64,000 nucleotides of DNA from Candidatus Poribacteria bacterium (lineage in GTDB: Bacteria; Poribacteria; WGA-4E; WGA-3G). The position numbers and the translations under genes were made by a program. Location: contig CBDBFU010000015.1 of NCBI GenBank assembly GCA_965205025.1, positions 1 through 64,000 of the forward strand, given 5' to 3'. The notes below the pieces were generated by a model. It worked only from the letters and a program-made list of their open reading frames with translations, did not search any database and was not told where the DNA came from. Below, piece by piece: positions 46,166 through 57,677 of the stretch; the stretch's first letter is position 1, and each line of letters begins with the position of its first letter.

Positions 46166-47011
46166 TTACCGTACAAACTCTTCACCGCGATGCTCAGCGA
46201 TCCAAGTCTTCAGTGGTACATCAGCATCCGTTGGTTGCCACCAACCTTTAATATCCACACCATCTCCTAACAACTGTCGTCGAATTGGACCACACTTATC
46301 CAAAATCTCTGGTGGCATCAGGTTGTAATCCAAACCGCGTAACCATCGATAACTATATCCTATAAAGAAGACTTTACGTGTAACATTAGAAAAATTCCAA
46401 CCCCTTGAATGCCACATTCTTCTATCAAAAAGTACCGCTGTACCACGTTTAACAAGAAGATCTATAGCACCCTCTGGATCAGAATCAGGATCATCGCGTG
46501 GGGGTAATGCATCAAGTTTGTGACTTCCAGGAATAAGCCGCATGGCACCATTATCACGATGCGTAACATCAGTTAACCAGTAGCTGACCTTTAATGAGAG
46601 ACGCGGATGTGGCCGTTCCATTTCTGGAACTGGTCTACCTCCATCTTGATGCCAATGTGCAGCTTTTTCAACACGTTGTGTTTCAGGGGGTTCAGGTGGA
46701 TACATGATAAGATGTGAAATATAGAGTTGGATATTCCAACCTAAAATATCCCATAGCAGCGGAAATACCTTCTTGTTATCAAGCAATTCCAATAATATGT
46801 CGTCATCAATAATAGTGCGGAACTTTGATAACAATTTATGGGATGCTAAACCTGTTTTTTTACGTTCCTCAGCATCAAGACGATCAGCTACTACCTCTAA
46901 AGCTTCCACCATATCCTGACTGATTGCATCCTCAACAATAAGGTATCCATTATCATTGAATGCTTTTAGTTGTTCAGTGGTAGCACAATATTCAAGCCAA
47001 CTTGTATCCAT
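46166..47011 (-). CDS. PhyH-family Fe/2OG dioxygenase
   Basis: WHQD, PGSHK, MWHS. Confidence 0.92.
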   Translation of the reverse strand: MDTSWLEYCATTEQLKAFNDNGYLIVEDAISQDMVEALEVVADRLDAEERKKTGLASHKLLSKFRTIIDDDILLELLDNKKVFPLLWDILGWNIQLYISHLIMYPPEPPETQRVEKAAHWHQDGGRPVPEMERPHPRLSLKVSYWLTDVTHRDNGAMRLIPGSHKLDALPPRDDPDSDPEGAIDLLVKRGTAVLFDRRMWHSRGWNFSNVTRKVFFIGYSYRWLRGLDYNLMPPEILDKCGPIRRQLLGDGVDIKGWWQPTDADVPLKTWIAEHRGEEFVR

Positions 47012-47035
47012 AATAACATCCGATAATGGTCTAAT

Positions 47036-48247
47036 TTATTCTTCAACTCTTTCGATTATCTCACCAGTCTGTCGATCTCTATAGATACGTTTCATTCTAC
47101 CGTCAGGCATTCGTTCATCTTTAAGATGTGCAAGTCGCTCATCGGCATCTGTTCTACTTGCAGGCACGTCCTCAGTTTCTGATGATCCGCGCCAATCTTC
47201 AATTTCAACGCTCTCCCATTTTTTAGACTTAGCGGATTTATAACATGCATCAATGATTGCATTAACTACATATCCATCATAAAAGGTTTCAAGTGGTTCG
47301 CGTTTTTCATCTATTGCATTGAACATATCCAAGAACATATCACGGTAGCCAAGTTCAGCAACTTCATCACCAACAGGAAATAGCCAACCGGTGTCACTTT
47401 CTGCTTTTTCAGCGACATAACCTCCTTGACCAACAGCAGAAAACATCTCAAAACCGGTACGTAGCCAGTGATTGAGCCAAATAGTTCCTTCACTACCAGA
47501 TACCTCATCGCGCAAATCCATACCACCTCGAAATGCCCAACCGACTTCAAACTGTCCCATTGCTCCACTTTCAAAACGTATAAGGGCAATTCCGTGATCT
47601 TCAGCATCGATTGGATGGACAAGTGTGTCCGCCCAACACATTACCTCAAGCGGTTTATTATCTTTCCCAACGAAATTTCTGATAATCTCAATACAATGAC
47701 AACCCATATCAACTATTGCACCACCACCTGCTTGTTCCAAATCCCAAAACCAATCACTATGGGGACCTGGGTGTGTTTCGCGAGACCGTACCCACAGGAT
47801 CTTACCTAATGCACCGTTTTGTACTGATTCTAATGCCTTCAACGTCTTCGGGGGATAAACTAAATCCTCAAGATAACCCCCAAACACACCTGCGGTTTCA
47901 ACAATTTCAAGCATAGCTTTTGCCTCTTCACCAGTTCTTCCGAGTGGCTTAGTACACAGGATTGCCTTACCTGCTCTTGCTGAAAGTTCTACTGCCTTCA
48001 GGTGTAAATTGTTCGGTAATCCAATAACAACAACATCTGTATCTGGATGGTTTATTGCTTCCTCCAAATCGGTCGTAGCGTGTGGTATATTCCATTCTTC
48101 CGCAAATGCTGTTGCCCGTTCTTCGCGTCGAGAGTATACAGAATGCACTCTATCGGCACCCCGTTGGTTGTGCATGGTCATTGTATAAAACATACCAATG
48201 AGACCAGATCCGAGCATTGTAACCTTATGATTATTCTGTGATGACAT
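47036..48247 (-). CDS. Gfo/Idh/MocA oxidoreductase
   Basis: [26 protein letters not shown]. Confidence 0.92.
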   Translation of the reverse strand: MSSQNNHKVTMLGSGLIGMFYTMTMHNQRGADRVHSVYSRREERATAFAEEWNIPHATTDLEEAINHPDTDVVVIGLPNNLHLKAVELSARAGKAILCTKPLGRTGEEAKAMLEIVETAGVFGGYLEDLVYPPKTLKALESVQNGALGKILWVRSRETHPGPHSDWFWDLEQAGGGAIVDMGCHCIEIIRNFVGKDNKPLEVMCWADTLVHPIDAEDHGIALIRFESGAMGQFEVGWAFRGGMDLRDEVSGSEGTIWLNHWLRTGFEMFSAVGQGGYVAEKAESDTGWLFPVGDEVAELGYRDMFLDMFNAIDEKREPLETFYDGYVVNAIIDACYKSAKSKKWESVEIEDWRGSSETEDVPASRTDADERLAHLKDERMPDGRMKRIYRDRQTGEIIERVEE

Positions 48248-48303
48248 TCATATCTCCATGATATACTAATAATTCGAAAGGGTTGTAATTGACCCCTACA
48301 ATC

Positions 48304-49374
48304 TTATTCAACTTTATAAGCTAAAATCACACCCCAATCATCCACTGTCCAACAATGATTTTTATCTGTAGCATGAACACCTTTAAGAGTTCCGCTCCCA
48401 CCTGCTTTTGAAGCAGTCCATGTTTTTCCTCCATCTAAGGTATGTAATACTGCACTATAATCACCAACTGCCCAACCTACCATGTTATCAATAAAGAAAA
48501 TATCATGTAAATTATCAATAGAATTGGTTTCTTGTTGTTTCCATGTAACGCCATCGTTGGTGTGCAGAATTAACCCTTCTTGTCCACAAATCCAACCGGT
48601 CTTTTCATCAAAAAAATGAATACCGAACAAATTATTATCAAATCCCGCTTCACGTTTCTCCCATGATTCACCACCGTTGGTGGTATGTAGAAGAGTGCCG
48701 AAAGATCCGATAATCCAACCCTTACTGGATGAAACGAACCATATATTTTCAAGATTGTTCCGAGTTTCTCCAACGCGCGCTCGTTCTGAACTCCCGATCC
48801 AGGTTTCACCACCATCCGTTGTTTTGAGTATCGTATTTTCTGAGCCTGCAATAAAACCTGTTGTATCACTTATCATCTGAATTCCTAATAACCTTGCCCG
48901 AATTGGTCGAGGGTTATTATTTTGTCCACTACTCTCATTTCTCGCAATTTTACGATTCCAAGTTTCACCACCATCCTTGGTATGTAATATCGTTCCCCTA
49001 TCTCCTGTGACAAACCCTATCTTATCGTTTACAAAGTAGATATTATTAAGTGTCGGTGAACCTCCACGACCAAATCCCCCAGGAGGTCCTCCAGGTCTTT
49101 GTCGAGTTCCAGCCCCTGGTGGTTGCATATTTACATCTTTTTTTCTCCAACTCTTTCCACCATCTGTTGTCACAAGCATTAAACCACCATTTCCTACCAC
49201 CAAACCGTTCTGATTATCTGTAAAATAGACATCCTGCAACATACCTTCGATTCCGTCCCCGCGGAGGATATCATCTTCTCGAAGTACTGTCCACTTTGCA
49301 TCTGCTATCGTAAGTGCGAAAAAAGCTACGATGGCTATCAATACTATGAAAAAAGTGATATTCGTTCTGAACAT
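48304..49374 (-). CDS. secreted YCF48/BNR-repeat beta-propeller protein
   Basis: signal peptide; repeated G-x-I-L-H/K-T-x-D-G-G-x-T/S-W. Confidence 0.88.
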   Translation of the reverse strand: MFRTNITFFIVLIAIVAFFALTIADAKWTVLREDDILRGDGIEGMLQDVYFTDNQNGLVVGNGGLMLVTTDGGKSWRKKDVNMQPPGAGTRQRPGGPPGGFGRGGSPTLNNIYFVNDKIGFVTGDRGTILHTKDGGETWNRKIARNESSGQNNNPRPIRARLLGIQMISDTTGFIAGSENTILKTTDGGETWIGSSERARVGETRNNLENIWFVSSSKGWIIGSFGTLLHTTNGGESWEKREAGFDNNLFGIHFFDEKTGWICGQEGLILHTNDGVTWKQQETNSIDNLHDIFFIDNMVGWAVGDYSAVLHTLDGGKTWTASKAGGSGTLKGVHATDKNHCWTVDDWGVILAYKVE

Positions 49375-49424
49375 AGGATTCTCCTTATTAATAGTAGTTC
49401 GTCTTCGTATGTTTAATTCCAACC

Positions 49425-51617
49425 CTAATTTTTTTGAAATTCTTCATAAATTTGTCGTGTTTTACTATCAACATCCTGAAGATAATTCTGTCCAATATAC
49501 TCAATATATGATTGAGTATATTCTCCACTTACTTCACCAAATGCCTTTGCATATTTTCGACACATATCCTTATCAGGTCCGGAGGCATATGCCTTCGTTT
49601 TTGCATCTGTTCCAGATTTCCTAACTTCAACAAACATATCACGAAAAATAAGATAACTTCCATCACCTACAAATTGGATATTCTCAAGAGAAGTAAAATC
49701 AAGGTTTGGGAGTGTTTCTGATAGAATGTGTCGTACTTGATCTATATCAATTTTTCCTTCTCTTAACGCAATCGCCAGACCCAAAAAGAATAGATCGTTT
49801 TTATCTCGTTTAACTTCACCTTCTAACTTTGCACTTCTTAGTTTTTCTGGATTTGGTTCAGACTCGTTGTAATAGGTAATATCTTCTCTTACATCACAAG
49901 TCGCAGTGATTCGACTTTCATTAAAAACAGTTTCAAGATAATTTGACAAGGGTATGTCCAACTTTTTACAATGTGCAGCAAGAGCAGTAACCAATACCAT
50001 AGATTCCCCAGCAGATTTCTCCCGCATAGCAATCGCAGATCGTCCACCTTGACTACGTATCAATTCTTCAGGACCAGTTATCATTCCTCCGCTTTCTTCT
50101 CCAGCAAATACCAAACGCGGTTGTATACCCAGATTCACGGTTTTACCATATACATCCTGAACAACCACAGGTTCATTTGGTGTTTCGACAAGTTGTCGTT
50201 CAATTTTTTTCATCACTGAAGCAATTTCCTTGAAACCTACTGGAACATTGATTACATTGACATCGTTAGCGGATCCCCACTGGTCCCAAGCAAGTGCTGA
50301 GGGTGTGGTCTTTATCATAAATCGTGGATACTTTTCCCATAAACCCGCTGTAATAAGCTGTTTTCTATGGAAATCCATTAACATGAGAAACGCCTGATTT
50401 GGAGTATAAACTGTCAAGAGACGGTCACTATCAAGGATTAGATATGTGATACCAAGCTGTTCTAATATCTCTGTCCGCGAGATATCCTCTATCTCACAAA
50501 CAATTAGACGATCTCCATCTGGATCCGTCGTTTCAATTACTGTTCCGATGGGTTGGTTTTTTAGTTTCGATGCATATTCTGCAGATTTGACTACATCAAT
50601 AAGACTAAAATCACACCCAAGGTCATAGAATTCAGTATTACCAGTTTTTGGATTTCTATCCAGTTTTCCGATATTGTGATATAGTGGGTCCGGTTCAACA
50701 TGTAACCAACGAACAGAATCCGCAATACCTAACCGCTCAAAAATTGAACGCATAGGACGATACATACAGCCACCGACACAATCGACAACAATGGGTGGTT
50801 TTACATCACGAATCAGCTTAAGGTTGGCATCAGTTGCTACACCACCTTTTAGGTAACCAACATATAGATGTATACCATCATGAAGTTCATCTAACCTTTC
50901 ATAATCAATGTTTTCGTGGTTAACTGCACTAAATTCAATTGTATACCCTTGGGTTTCAGCAGTTTTTAGTATCTCTTCAATTTTTTTTACAAACCGCATA
51001 GATTCTTCTGGTAAGTATTGACTTCCTTGATTGTTAAGATCCTTAGTTGCATTTTTGGTGCTGACAGAATGGCTTGAGGTTACATGTTCACCTCCATCCA
51101 AATCTAAAATAAAAATGAGAAATGATGCCATCCAAATCGGCAATGTGCCAAACTCTTTTGGAACATAAGTCTTTATATTATTTGCCGCTTGGATACGAGA
51201 GATGAATTCAACGTATTTCTGTGAGTTATAACGCACCTCACATCCAGCAAGTTTTTTTACTGGCTTCCCTTCTGACGATTCTTTAGCTACAAGGCTTTTA
51301 CCAAGGGTTGCTAAAATAACCCCTATCTGATTTATTGGAAATCTCGTATCCCAGGGATAGAGTATATTCTGCGGACCTCGAATACCAGCTGTTGATACCT
51401 GTGCTTCTTTTGCATAATTTCTATACCAATCCCATAACTTCAAACGTTCAACCACTTCCTTATTGAGTATGAACGCAAACGCATCAGGTTCATCTTGAGG
51501 GAAAAGGGGTTCTTTGATGTCTGCCGGTGTGTTTTGTTCAACAACTGCAAATAGTTGCTTTTCTGTTTGGTTCCGTTTATCAAGATAAGCTGTATCTACA
51601 GCAATAACCATTTCCAC
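49425..51617 (-). CDS. divergent alpha-D-phosphohexomutase superfamily protein
   Basis: STAGIRG, VTSSH, TDPDGDR, VPVGFK, AGEESGG, RKSGTD. Confidence 0.8.
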   Translation of the reverse strand: MEMVIAVDTAYLDKRNQTEKQLFAVVEQNTPADIKEPLFPQDEPDAFAFILNKEVVERLKLWDWYRNYAKEAQVSTAGIRGPQNILYPWDTRFPINQIGVILATLGKSLVAKESSEGKPVKKLAGCEVRYNSQKYVEFISRIQAANNIKTYVPKEFGTLPIWMASFLIFILDLDGGEHVTSSHSVSTKNATKDLNNQGSQYLPEESMRFVKKIEEILKTAETQGYTIEFSAVNHENIDYERLDELHDGIHLYVGYLKGGVATDANLKLIRDVKPPIVVDCVGGCMYRPMRSIFERLGIADSVRWLHVEPDPLYHNIGKLDRNPKTGNTEFYDLGCDFSLIDVVKSAEYASKLKNQPIGTVIETTDPDGDRLIVCEIEDISRTEILEQLGITYLILDSDRLLTVYTPNQAFLMLMDFHRKQLITAGLWEKYPRFMIKTTPSALAWDQWGSANDVNVINVPVGFKEIASVMKKIERQLVETPNEPVVVQDVYGKTVNLGIQPRLVFAGEESGGMITGPEELIRSQGGRSAIAMREKSAGESMVLVTALAAHCKKLDIPLSNYLETVFNESRITATCDVREDITYYNESEPNPEKLRSAKLEGEVKRDKNDLFFLGLAIALREGKIDIDQVRHILSETLPNLDFTSLENIQFVGDGSYLIFRDMFVEVRKSGTDAKTKAYASGPDKDMCRKYAKAFGEVSGEYTQSYIEYIGQNYLQDVDSKTRQIYEEFQKN

Positions 51618-51691
51618 TCTCCAGTTCTTTTTGATATTATACCATAGACTTTCAATTTGTGTTATGTTAATTCATCGAAGACCTTGGTTAG

Positions 51692-52330
51692 TAATACCAT
51701 TTCTAATAAATGATGAAGACCAAATCTTGACTCATCTTGAAAAAACAGACGAACTTTTCAGACTCAGGATCCTTCTCCGAAATCGTTTCCTTGACTTTTT
51801 TTGGTAAGTCTAACTTGAAGGTTTCACCGGCTGTTTCGTTTTTTTTATATGACTCTTGCGGGGCACTTTGGGTTTGCTTTCCACTTATACCGAACCATCG
51901 AATGAACAGCAGTATATTTCATTTTGACATCAAACGTTTTTTCAATATAGTCTACTATCTGCTGATAACTGGAAAAACCATCAGGTTTTTTTGAGTTCAG
52001 CAAGCAAGATTTCTTGTTGCTCTTCGGTAAGTTGAGCTGGACGCCCGGGGGAATAATTCCGTGCTAAAGTGCTTCAAGTCCACCAGAGGCGTATGTTTGG
52101 AACCAATGCCCAACGGTTTTCCGATCAACCCTATTTTCGCAGCGATTCCCTTACAATTTAGCCTTTTCTCACTACAAAACAGGTATAGTGCTTTCAGTCT
52201 TTTCTTTTGGTAACTAATTGATGTTTTTCTTATCATTTTTTCAAATCGGAAACACTTTCTGTAACTGGAACATCGGTGCGGTGAATCAAGGAATCATAGG
52301 TATCAATTTTGTGCTTAGATTAAACGTAAA
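51692..52330 (-). mobile_element. degenerate IS630-family transposase remnant
   Basis: Fragments TESVSDLKK, RLKALYL, DRKTVGHWFQTYASGGL, GFSSYQQIVDYIEKTFDVKMKYTAVHSMVRY..PKVPRKSHIKK with several frameshifts; boundaries approximate. Confidence 0.65.
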
Positions 52331-52341
52331 ATGGACTCTTT

Positions 52342-52444
52342 TGTAGGAGTGATCTCCGAATAGTTCCCAATTACAGTCGGGAATCGGAGTTCCCTCCTAC
52401 AGAAGATAAGTAAGAATCGGGAATCGGAGTTCCCTCCTACAGAA
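52342..52444. repeat. REP-like GTAG/CTAC repeats
   Basis: TCGGGAATCGGAGTTCCCTCCTACAGAA twice, plus an inverted partial copy TGTAGGAG. Confidence 0.75.
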
Positions 52445-52667
52445 AAGAAATTATATTTATACGAACGTTCATTCTTATTAAAATATATTGTTGAAAAGTG
52501 ACAAAAAGATTACATACTCTCAAATGTCAATTCAATTGAATCCATACCTAATATCTGTTATACTTTCAAATATATTGCTATACTAATGTATAATATCGTT
52601 TATTTTCTCAGTAAATAATAAGGATTTTATATTTTTAACTCATAATATCTTCAAGGTAAGAATTCCA

Positions 52668-53549
52668 TTGTTTGATAAAAAAACGCAAAAGCAACTCCCT
52701 CAAGGTTTGAAAGATAGAATTTGTAAGAAACAGGTTTCTGTGCTTTCATTTGCACCAGACAGAACACGTCTTGCAGCAGGTGGGGATGACCGTATTTGGG
52801 TATATGATTTATCCAGTGAAGCGCAGTTTTCTGTCCTATCAGGACATACTGGACGAATTCGTTCATTATCATTTGCACCTGATAGTCGCACCCTTGCCAG
52901 TTCAAGTGAAGATAGTAGTTTAAGATTATGGGATACGGACTCCTCCAACGAGATAGCCACACTTGCAGGGGAATCATCAAGTTTTACAACTGCCTTAGCT
53001 ACATCCCCAGATGGTGTACCACTTACGGGTTGGAATGAAGAAACTGCACGTCTACTTGGTAGTACGACTTCTGACCCGGCATATATAAGAACAATAACAT
53101 TTTCAACTGATGGCAGTTTGCTTGTAAGCGGTGGAGCTGATGGTAAGATCAGAGTTTGGGAAATTGAGACAGGTAGGGAGTTATCCTCATTTGCAGGACA
53201 TGATGGGTTGGTGTTGTCGCTTGCTTTCTCACCTGATGGAAAATACTTGGCAAGTGGTGGGTCTGATACTACTGTAAGATTATGGGAATGGGAAGATAAA
53301 CATTTGCTCTCTATTTGGACAGGACACTCTGATTCTGTCTCAGCTTTATCAATCTCAAGTGATAGTTCGATTCTCGCCAGTGGTGGCAGAGATCCTCAAA
53401 TTATTTTGTGGAATATCAAAGCATTAGGTCGAATGGGACATATATCCAGTGTTGAAGGTTATACATGGGAAATAGATTTCTGGCAAACCGATGAGAAAGA
53501 ACAACTTGTTACAGTAAATAGAGATGGTGAGTTATACATAAGGGAATAA
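52668..53549 (+). CDS. WD40 repeat protein
   Basis: GH..LAFSPDG..LASGG.D.TVRLW repeats. Confidence 0.9.
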   Translation: MFDKKTQKQLPQGLKDRICKKQVSVLSFAPDRTRLAAGGDDRIWVYDLSSEAQFSVLSGHTGRIRSLSFAPDSRTLASSSEDSSLRLWDTDSSNEIATLAGESSSFTTALATSPDGVPLTGWNEETARLLGSTTSDPAYIRTITFSTDGSLLVSGGADGKIRVWEIETGRELSSFAGHDGLVLSLAFSPDGKYLASGGSDTTVRLWEWEDKHLLSIWTGHSDSVSALSISSDSSILASGGRDPQIILWNIKALGRMGHISSVEGYTWEIDFWQTDEKEQLVTVNRDGELYIRE

Positions 53550-53616
53550 TTTGAAGATTTTGGATGCGACATCAATAATTGGCATGGAATGTGATTAATT
53601 TTTGTGCCTTCACTCG

Positions 53617-54504
53617 CTATTGAACTTCTGATAATCTTCTTATCGTATTGGTATAAGTGAATTCTGTTTCACATGGATCTGTGTAACCTGTTACGGCAGC
53701 AGCACTGACAGGATCAGAAACACATGCCAACGGAATGTGCCCTTCTCCAGCAAATAAACCCGATGTTGGATCTAACCCTATCCACCCAGCTCCTGGTACA
53801 TATACCTCACACCATGCATGTAAATCTGTAAAATCCTCTGTTCGTGATTCAGTGACTTCATCTGATTTCTGATCAGAAACAAGCTGTATCAAATATCCAG
53901 ATACAAATCGTGCTGCTAAACCCAAGTGTCGTAAGATTTGAACAAATAACCAACTACTATCCCTGCAAGATCCTGACAGTTTTTCCAATGTATTCTCACA
54001 AGATTGTATACCCGGTTCCATCCTAACGGTATGTGAAATATCCTCCGATAAACGTCTATTCAAACTAACAAGAAAATCAATTAGATTCTGTTTAGATCTA
54101 CTAACACCGTTCAACCATGTAGTTAAGAATTGTCCATACTCTGTAATTTCAAGAAAGAGTGTAAGCTCTTTTCTCAGCTGTGGGTTGTAATTGAATGGAT
54201 AGTATTCTGCGCAATCTTCTATAAAAAAATCGAAAGGATTAAATTCCGTCATGTTAGCAACTAAGTCCACTTCTACTGTTAAACTCTCTGAAGGAGCAGT
54301 AAATACAACACGTGTTTGATAATTTCCAAAAGGATCTTGCTGCCAATTAATATAATGGGTGTCTGGGGAGATGGTTAATGCGTATGATTCAATAATAGTT
54401 CTGCAATGTGGGGCAGGTTTTAATCTGAATATATGGGGTGATAAGAATACCGATCGGTCATATTGATATACTGATTTGTGATTAATAGCAACCCGAGTAG
54501 ACAT
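53617..54504 (-). CDS. transglutaminase-family protein with bacterial N-terminal domain
   Basis: GSCRDS, RFVSGY, DLHAW, GLDPT catalytic motifs. Confidence 0.93.
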   Translation of the reverse strand: MSTRVAINHKSVYQYDRSVFLSPHIFRLKPAPHCRTIIESYALTISPDTHYINWQQDPFGNYQTRVVFTAPSESLTVEVDLVANMTEFNPFDFFIEDCAEYYPFNYNPQLRKELTLFLEITEYGQFLTTWLNGVSRSKQNLIDFLVSLNRRLSEDISHTVRMEPGIQSCENTLEKLSGSCRDSSWLFVQILRHLGLAARFVSGYLIQLVSDQKSDEVTESRTEDFTDLHAWCEVYVPGAGWIGLDPTSGLFAGEGHIPLACVSDPVSAAAVTGYTDPCETEFTYTNTIRRLSEVQ

Positions 54505-54556
54505 TGACACTTCCTTAGAATGTCGATTTATTTTGTATAACCATAACAGTTGAGAG

Positions 54557-55546
54557 TTATTGCATTTGTGATTGTGTTCCTGTTGACATTCCATCAATAG
54601 GTCGTAAAGCAAAAAACGTCTTATATATGTCATCTCCAACCGAGTTTAATTTTGTTTGAAAGGCATCAAGAAACTCATGGAGTCCAGTGTTTAGAATCTG
54701 ATCGACCTGTGCATAGGCAAATTCTGAATGGAGTTGTCCTAATCCCTGTTCAGCTGGATTGGAAAATGTTTCTATTGGAGTACCTGATATAGCATGTAGT
54801 GATTCTTCAGCATTTTTTAGACAATAAAGAACAGATCTTGGGAAATCTCGATCAAGTAGCAGAAAATGAACTACATTATTTGGTGAAATTAGTCCGTGAG
54901 TTCTCCTATACATCTCAAATGCACTTGCGGAATGTAATAATGCTCCCCATTGAATATCATCAAATGAAGTATTTACATCTACTACAGATGGTAATAGGAT
55001 GAAATATTTGACATCAACTATTCGTGATGTCTTATCAGCCCGTTCAATCAGTCGTCCTAATTGACAGAAGTGCCATCCTTCACTATGAGACATGATGTTA
55101 TCTGTTTGACCGATAAATAGTTGTGATGCTATCTTAATATCAGTGAAGAATTGGTGTGGTTCTGTCATTGCCCACTCTACGGGTGTTTCAGTTACCATTA
55201 AGTAGGTGTCATTTATTCGTTCCCACATTTCAGAAGATATATTCTCCCGAATTGATCTTGCATTTTCCCGTGCGGCTCTTAAGCACGAGATAATTGAATT
55301 TGGGTTTTCAGAGTCAAATGTAAGAAACTTAATCACAGTTTCATGTGTGGGTTCACCATATTTTTCAGAAAATAAATCATCATCCCCCGTGGTAGCAACT
55401 AATGGTTCCCATTGTGCTTGAATACCTACTGGTTGATCAAGAAGTAACTGTAGATTAACATCAACAAAACGTGCTACATTTTCAGCACGTTCAATATACC
55501 TACTCATCCAATAGATAGATTCTGCAACTCTACTAAGCATAAACAT
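54557..55546 (-). CDS. alpha-E domain protein
   Basis: MLSRVAESIYWMSRYIERAENVAR, ARENAR, IERADKTSR, FPRS. Confidence 0.95.
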   Translation of the reverse strand: MFMLSRVAESIYWMSRYIERAENVARFVDVNLQLLLDQPVGIQAQWEPLVATTGDDDLFSEKYGEPTHETVIKFLTFDSENPNSIISCLRAARENARSIRENISSEMWERINDTYLMVTETPVEWAMTEPHQFFTDIKIASQLFIGQTDNIMSHSEGWHFCQLGRLIERADKTSRIVDVKYFILLPSVVDVNTSFDDIQWGALLHSASAFEMYRRTHGLISPNNVVHFLLLDRDFPRSVLYCLKNAEESLHAISGTPIETFSNPAEQGLGQLHSEFAYAQVDQILNTGLHEFLDAFQTKLNSVGDDIYKTFFALRPIDGMSTGTQSQMQ

Positions 55547-55549
55547 CCC

Positions 55550-56992
55550 TTATATTGGATTTGATAATACCCAAGTATCTTTACTACCACCACCTTGTGA
55601 TGAGTTCACAACGAGTGAACCCTTTCTAAGAGCTACCCTTGTGAGTCCACCGGGAAGAACATAGATATCCTCACCATATAGGATAAATGGACGCAAGTCA
55701 ACATGTCGTCCTTCAAAATGATCATCAATTAATACAGGAACACTGGAAAGGGAAAGTGTTGGTTGAGCAATATAATTCCGTGGGTTTTGCTTTATACGTT
55801 GAACAAAATCATCACATTCAGCTTTAGTTGAATGGGGACCAATTAACATTCCGTAACCACCAGACTGGTTTGCTTCTTTAACAACAAGTTCCTGAATATT
55901 TTCTAAGACATACTTCCTATCATTATCTTCCCAGCACATATAGGTTGGAACATTTGGTATGATAATGTCTTCATTCATGTAATATTTAATGATTTGCGGT
56001 ACATAGGAACACACCACTTTGTCATCCGCAACACATGTTCCAGGTGCATTGATTAGAGCAAGTCGTCCTGACTTATACACATCCATTATACCAGGAACTC
56101 CTAATAGAGATTTTGGTTCAAACACATCTGGATCAAGATAGCTGTCATTGATTCTCCGGTATAGGACATCCACGCGTTGAAACCCTTTTGTTGTTCGCAT
56201 ATGGAGATAACCATCCATAACCACAAGATCTCGTCCTTCAACCAATTCGACTCCCATCTGTTGTGCTAAAAAGGAGTGTTCAAAATATGCGGAGTTGTAT
56301 ATGCCGGGAGTTAGCAATGCCACTTCTGGTGTCATCACTCGATCACTAACAAGGTATTGTAGCATATCCAGTAAATGACTTGGATAATCTTCCACTGGTT
56401 GTATTTGATACATGCCAAACAATTGAGGAAATGTACGTTTCATCAATTGTCTATTCTCTATGACATAGGATACACCAGATGGACATCCAAGATTATCTTC
56501 TAATACATATATCTGTCCATCACCATCTCTAACAAGATCTGTACCCGTAATGTGGCACCAGATTCCACGTGGTGGATCTAATCCGATACATTGTTGAAGG
56601 TAACGTTCTGATGACAAGACTACTTCATGAGGGATAATACCGTCTTTGAGAATTTTCTGTTCATGGTATACATCGTCAATGAATAGATTCAATGCATGGA
56701 TTCGTTGCTTGAGTCCCCGTTGAATCCATTCCCATTCATTGGCATCAATAATGCGTGGTATTAAGTCGAAAGGAAAGATTTTCTCTACACCCTGTTCATC
56801 CGCATATACATTGAAGGTAATTCCCATACGGAGTAATGCATATTCAGCAGTAATTTGTCTACGAATGAATTCACCTTCTTCAAAATTATCTATCCGCTCC
56901 ACTAATAATTGTACTGCAGGACGTGGTGATCCATCAGAATTAAACATCTCATCATATAACCCATCAGTTTTGTAATCACTGAAATATGTCAT
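55550..56992 (-). CDS. circularly permuted type 2 ATP-grasp protein
   Basis: PFDLIPR, VLEDN..PSGVSY, NSAYFEH, VDLRPF, VVNSSQGGGSKDTW. Confidence 0.95.
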   Translation of the reverse strand: MTYFSDYKTDGLYDEMFNSDGSPRPAVQLLVERIDNFEEGEFIRRQITAEYALLRMGITFNVYADEQGVEKIFPFDLIPRIIDANEWEWIQRGLKQRIHALNLFIDDVYHEQKILKDGIIPHEVVLSSERYLQQCIGLDPPRGIWCHITGTDLVRDGDGQIYVLEDNLGCPSGVSYVIENRQLMKRTFPQLFGMYQIQPVEDYPSHLLDMLQYLVSDRVMTPEVALLTPGIYNSAYFEHSFLAQQMGVELVEGRDLVVMDGYLHMRTTKGFQRVDVLYRRINDSYLDPDVFEPKSLLGVPGIMDVYKSGRLALINAPGTCVADDKVVCSYVPQIIKYYMNEDIIIPNVPTYMCWEDNDRKYVLENIQELVVKEANQSGGYGMLIGPHSTKAECDDFVQRIKQNPRNYIAQPTLSLSSVPVLIDDHFEGRHVDLRPFILYGEDIYVLPGGLTRVALRKGSLVVNSSQGGGSKDTWVLSNPI

Positions 56993-57455
56993 TGCAATGA
57001 TCCGTCCTATTTGTCAAGGTGTGAGGATTACAATAAAAGGAACATAACGTAATATACTATTAGGTTTATATGAGATGAACTATTTTTATAAATATGATGC
57101 TTTTTGTATTAATACAATTCCTTAGATTGTTTATATCCTAAGGTGTTCTTGGAAAGAAGTTTCTATTGGCAATACAGAATGAATGTCTTTAATTTAATAT
57201 AAAAGTAATGTCATAAGGTCCATGACAATCAATATATTAGTAGTTAAGGGTCAAATTATTTGATAAGAATAATAGGTTTATCTTATTAGATAGTGTAGAG
57301 AAAATTTGAGAGTTGTTATCCAATTTTCTTTCAGAGCAATTTCAATCAGTATTGCATAGTAGAGGAATTTTGTCAAGTGATATTGAAATGTTGAAATGTT
57401 GAAATGTTGGGTGTGTAAATTAATTGTCACCTTATGTGTCAATTTAGTGAGATAA

Positions 57456-57677
57456 CGAGTTGTGCTAAATAACTTTTAGCAACCAATAATTTCACATATA
57501 TAATAGTTGATATGAATATCCTACATTAGTTAAGACTTTCTTTAGTCCCGTAGGGACGGAATGTCTATAGAAAACGTGTTTGACCACTATCTTGAGTCCC
57601 GTAGGGACGGAATGTCTATAGTAAAAAACCAAAATCCGTAAAAACAACAAATACATTTAGTTAACTGGCACAAGTCG
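57456..57677. mobile_element. 222-bp MITE with 8-bp TSD, carrying a REP-like doublet
   Basis: Ends CGAGTTGTGCTAAATAACT / AGTTAACTGGCACAAGTCG; TSD TGAGATAA at 57448-55 and 57678-85. Confidence 0.8.
57544..57621. repeat. REP-like hairpin doublet, 51-bp period
   Basis: AGTCCCGTAGGGACGGAATGTCTATAG, identical twice. Confidence 0.9.

Noticed and set aside
48304-49374. Photosystem II assembly factor
   Set aside because: YCF48-like repeats are widespread propellers, and no photosynthesis genes are present
57382-57409. TTGAAATG repeated three times
   Set aside because: A short intergenic microsatellite with no evidence of function
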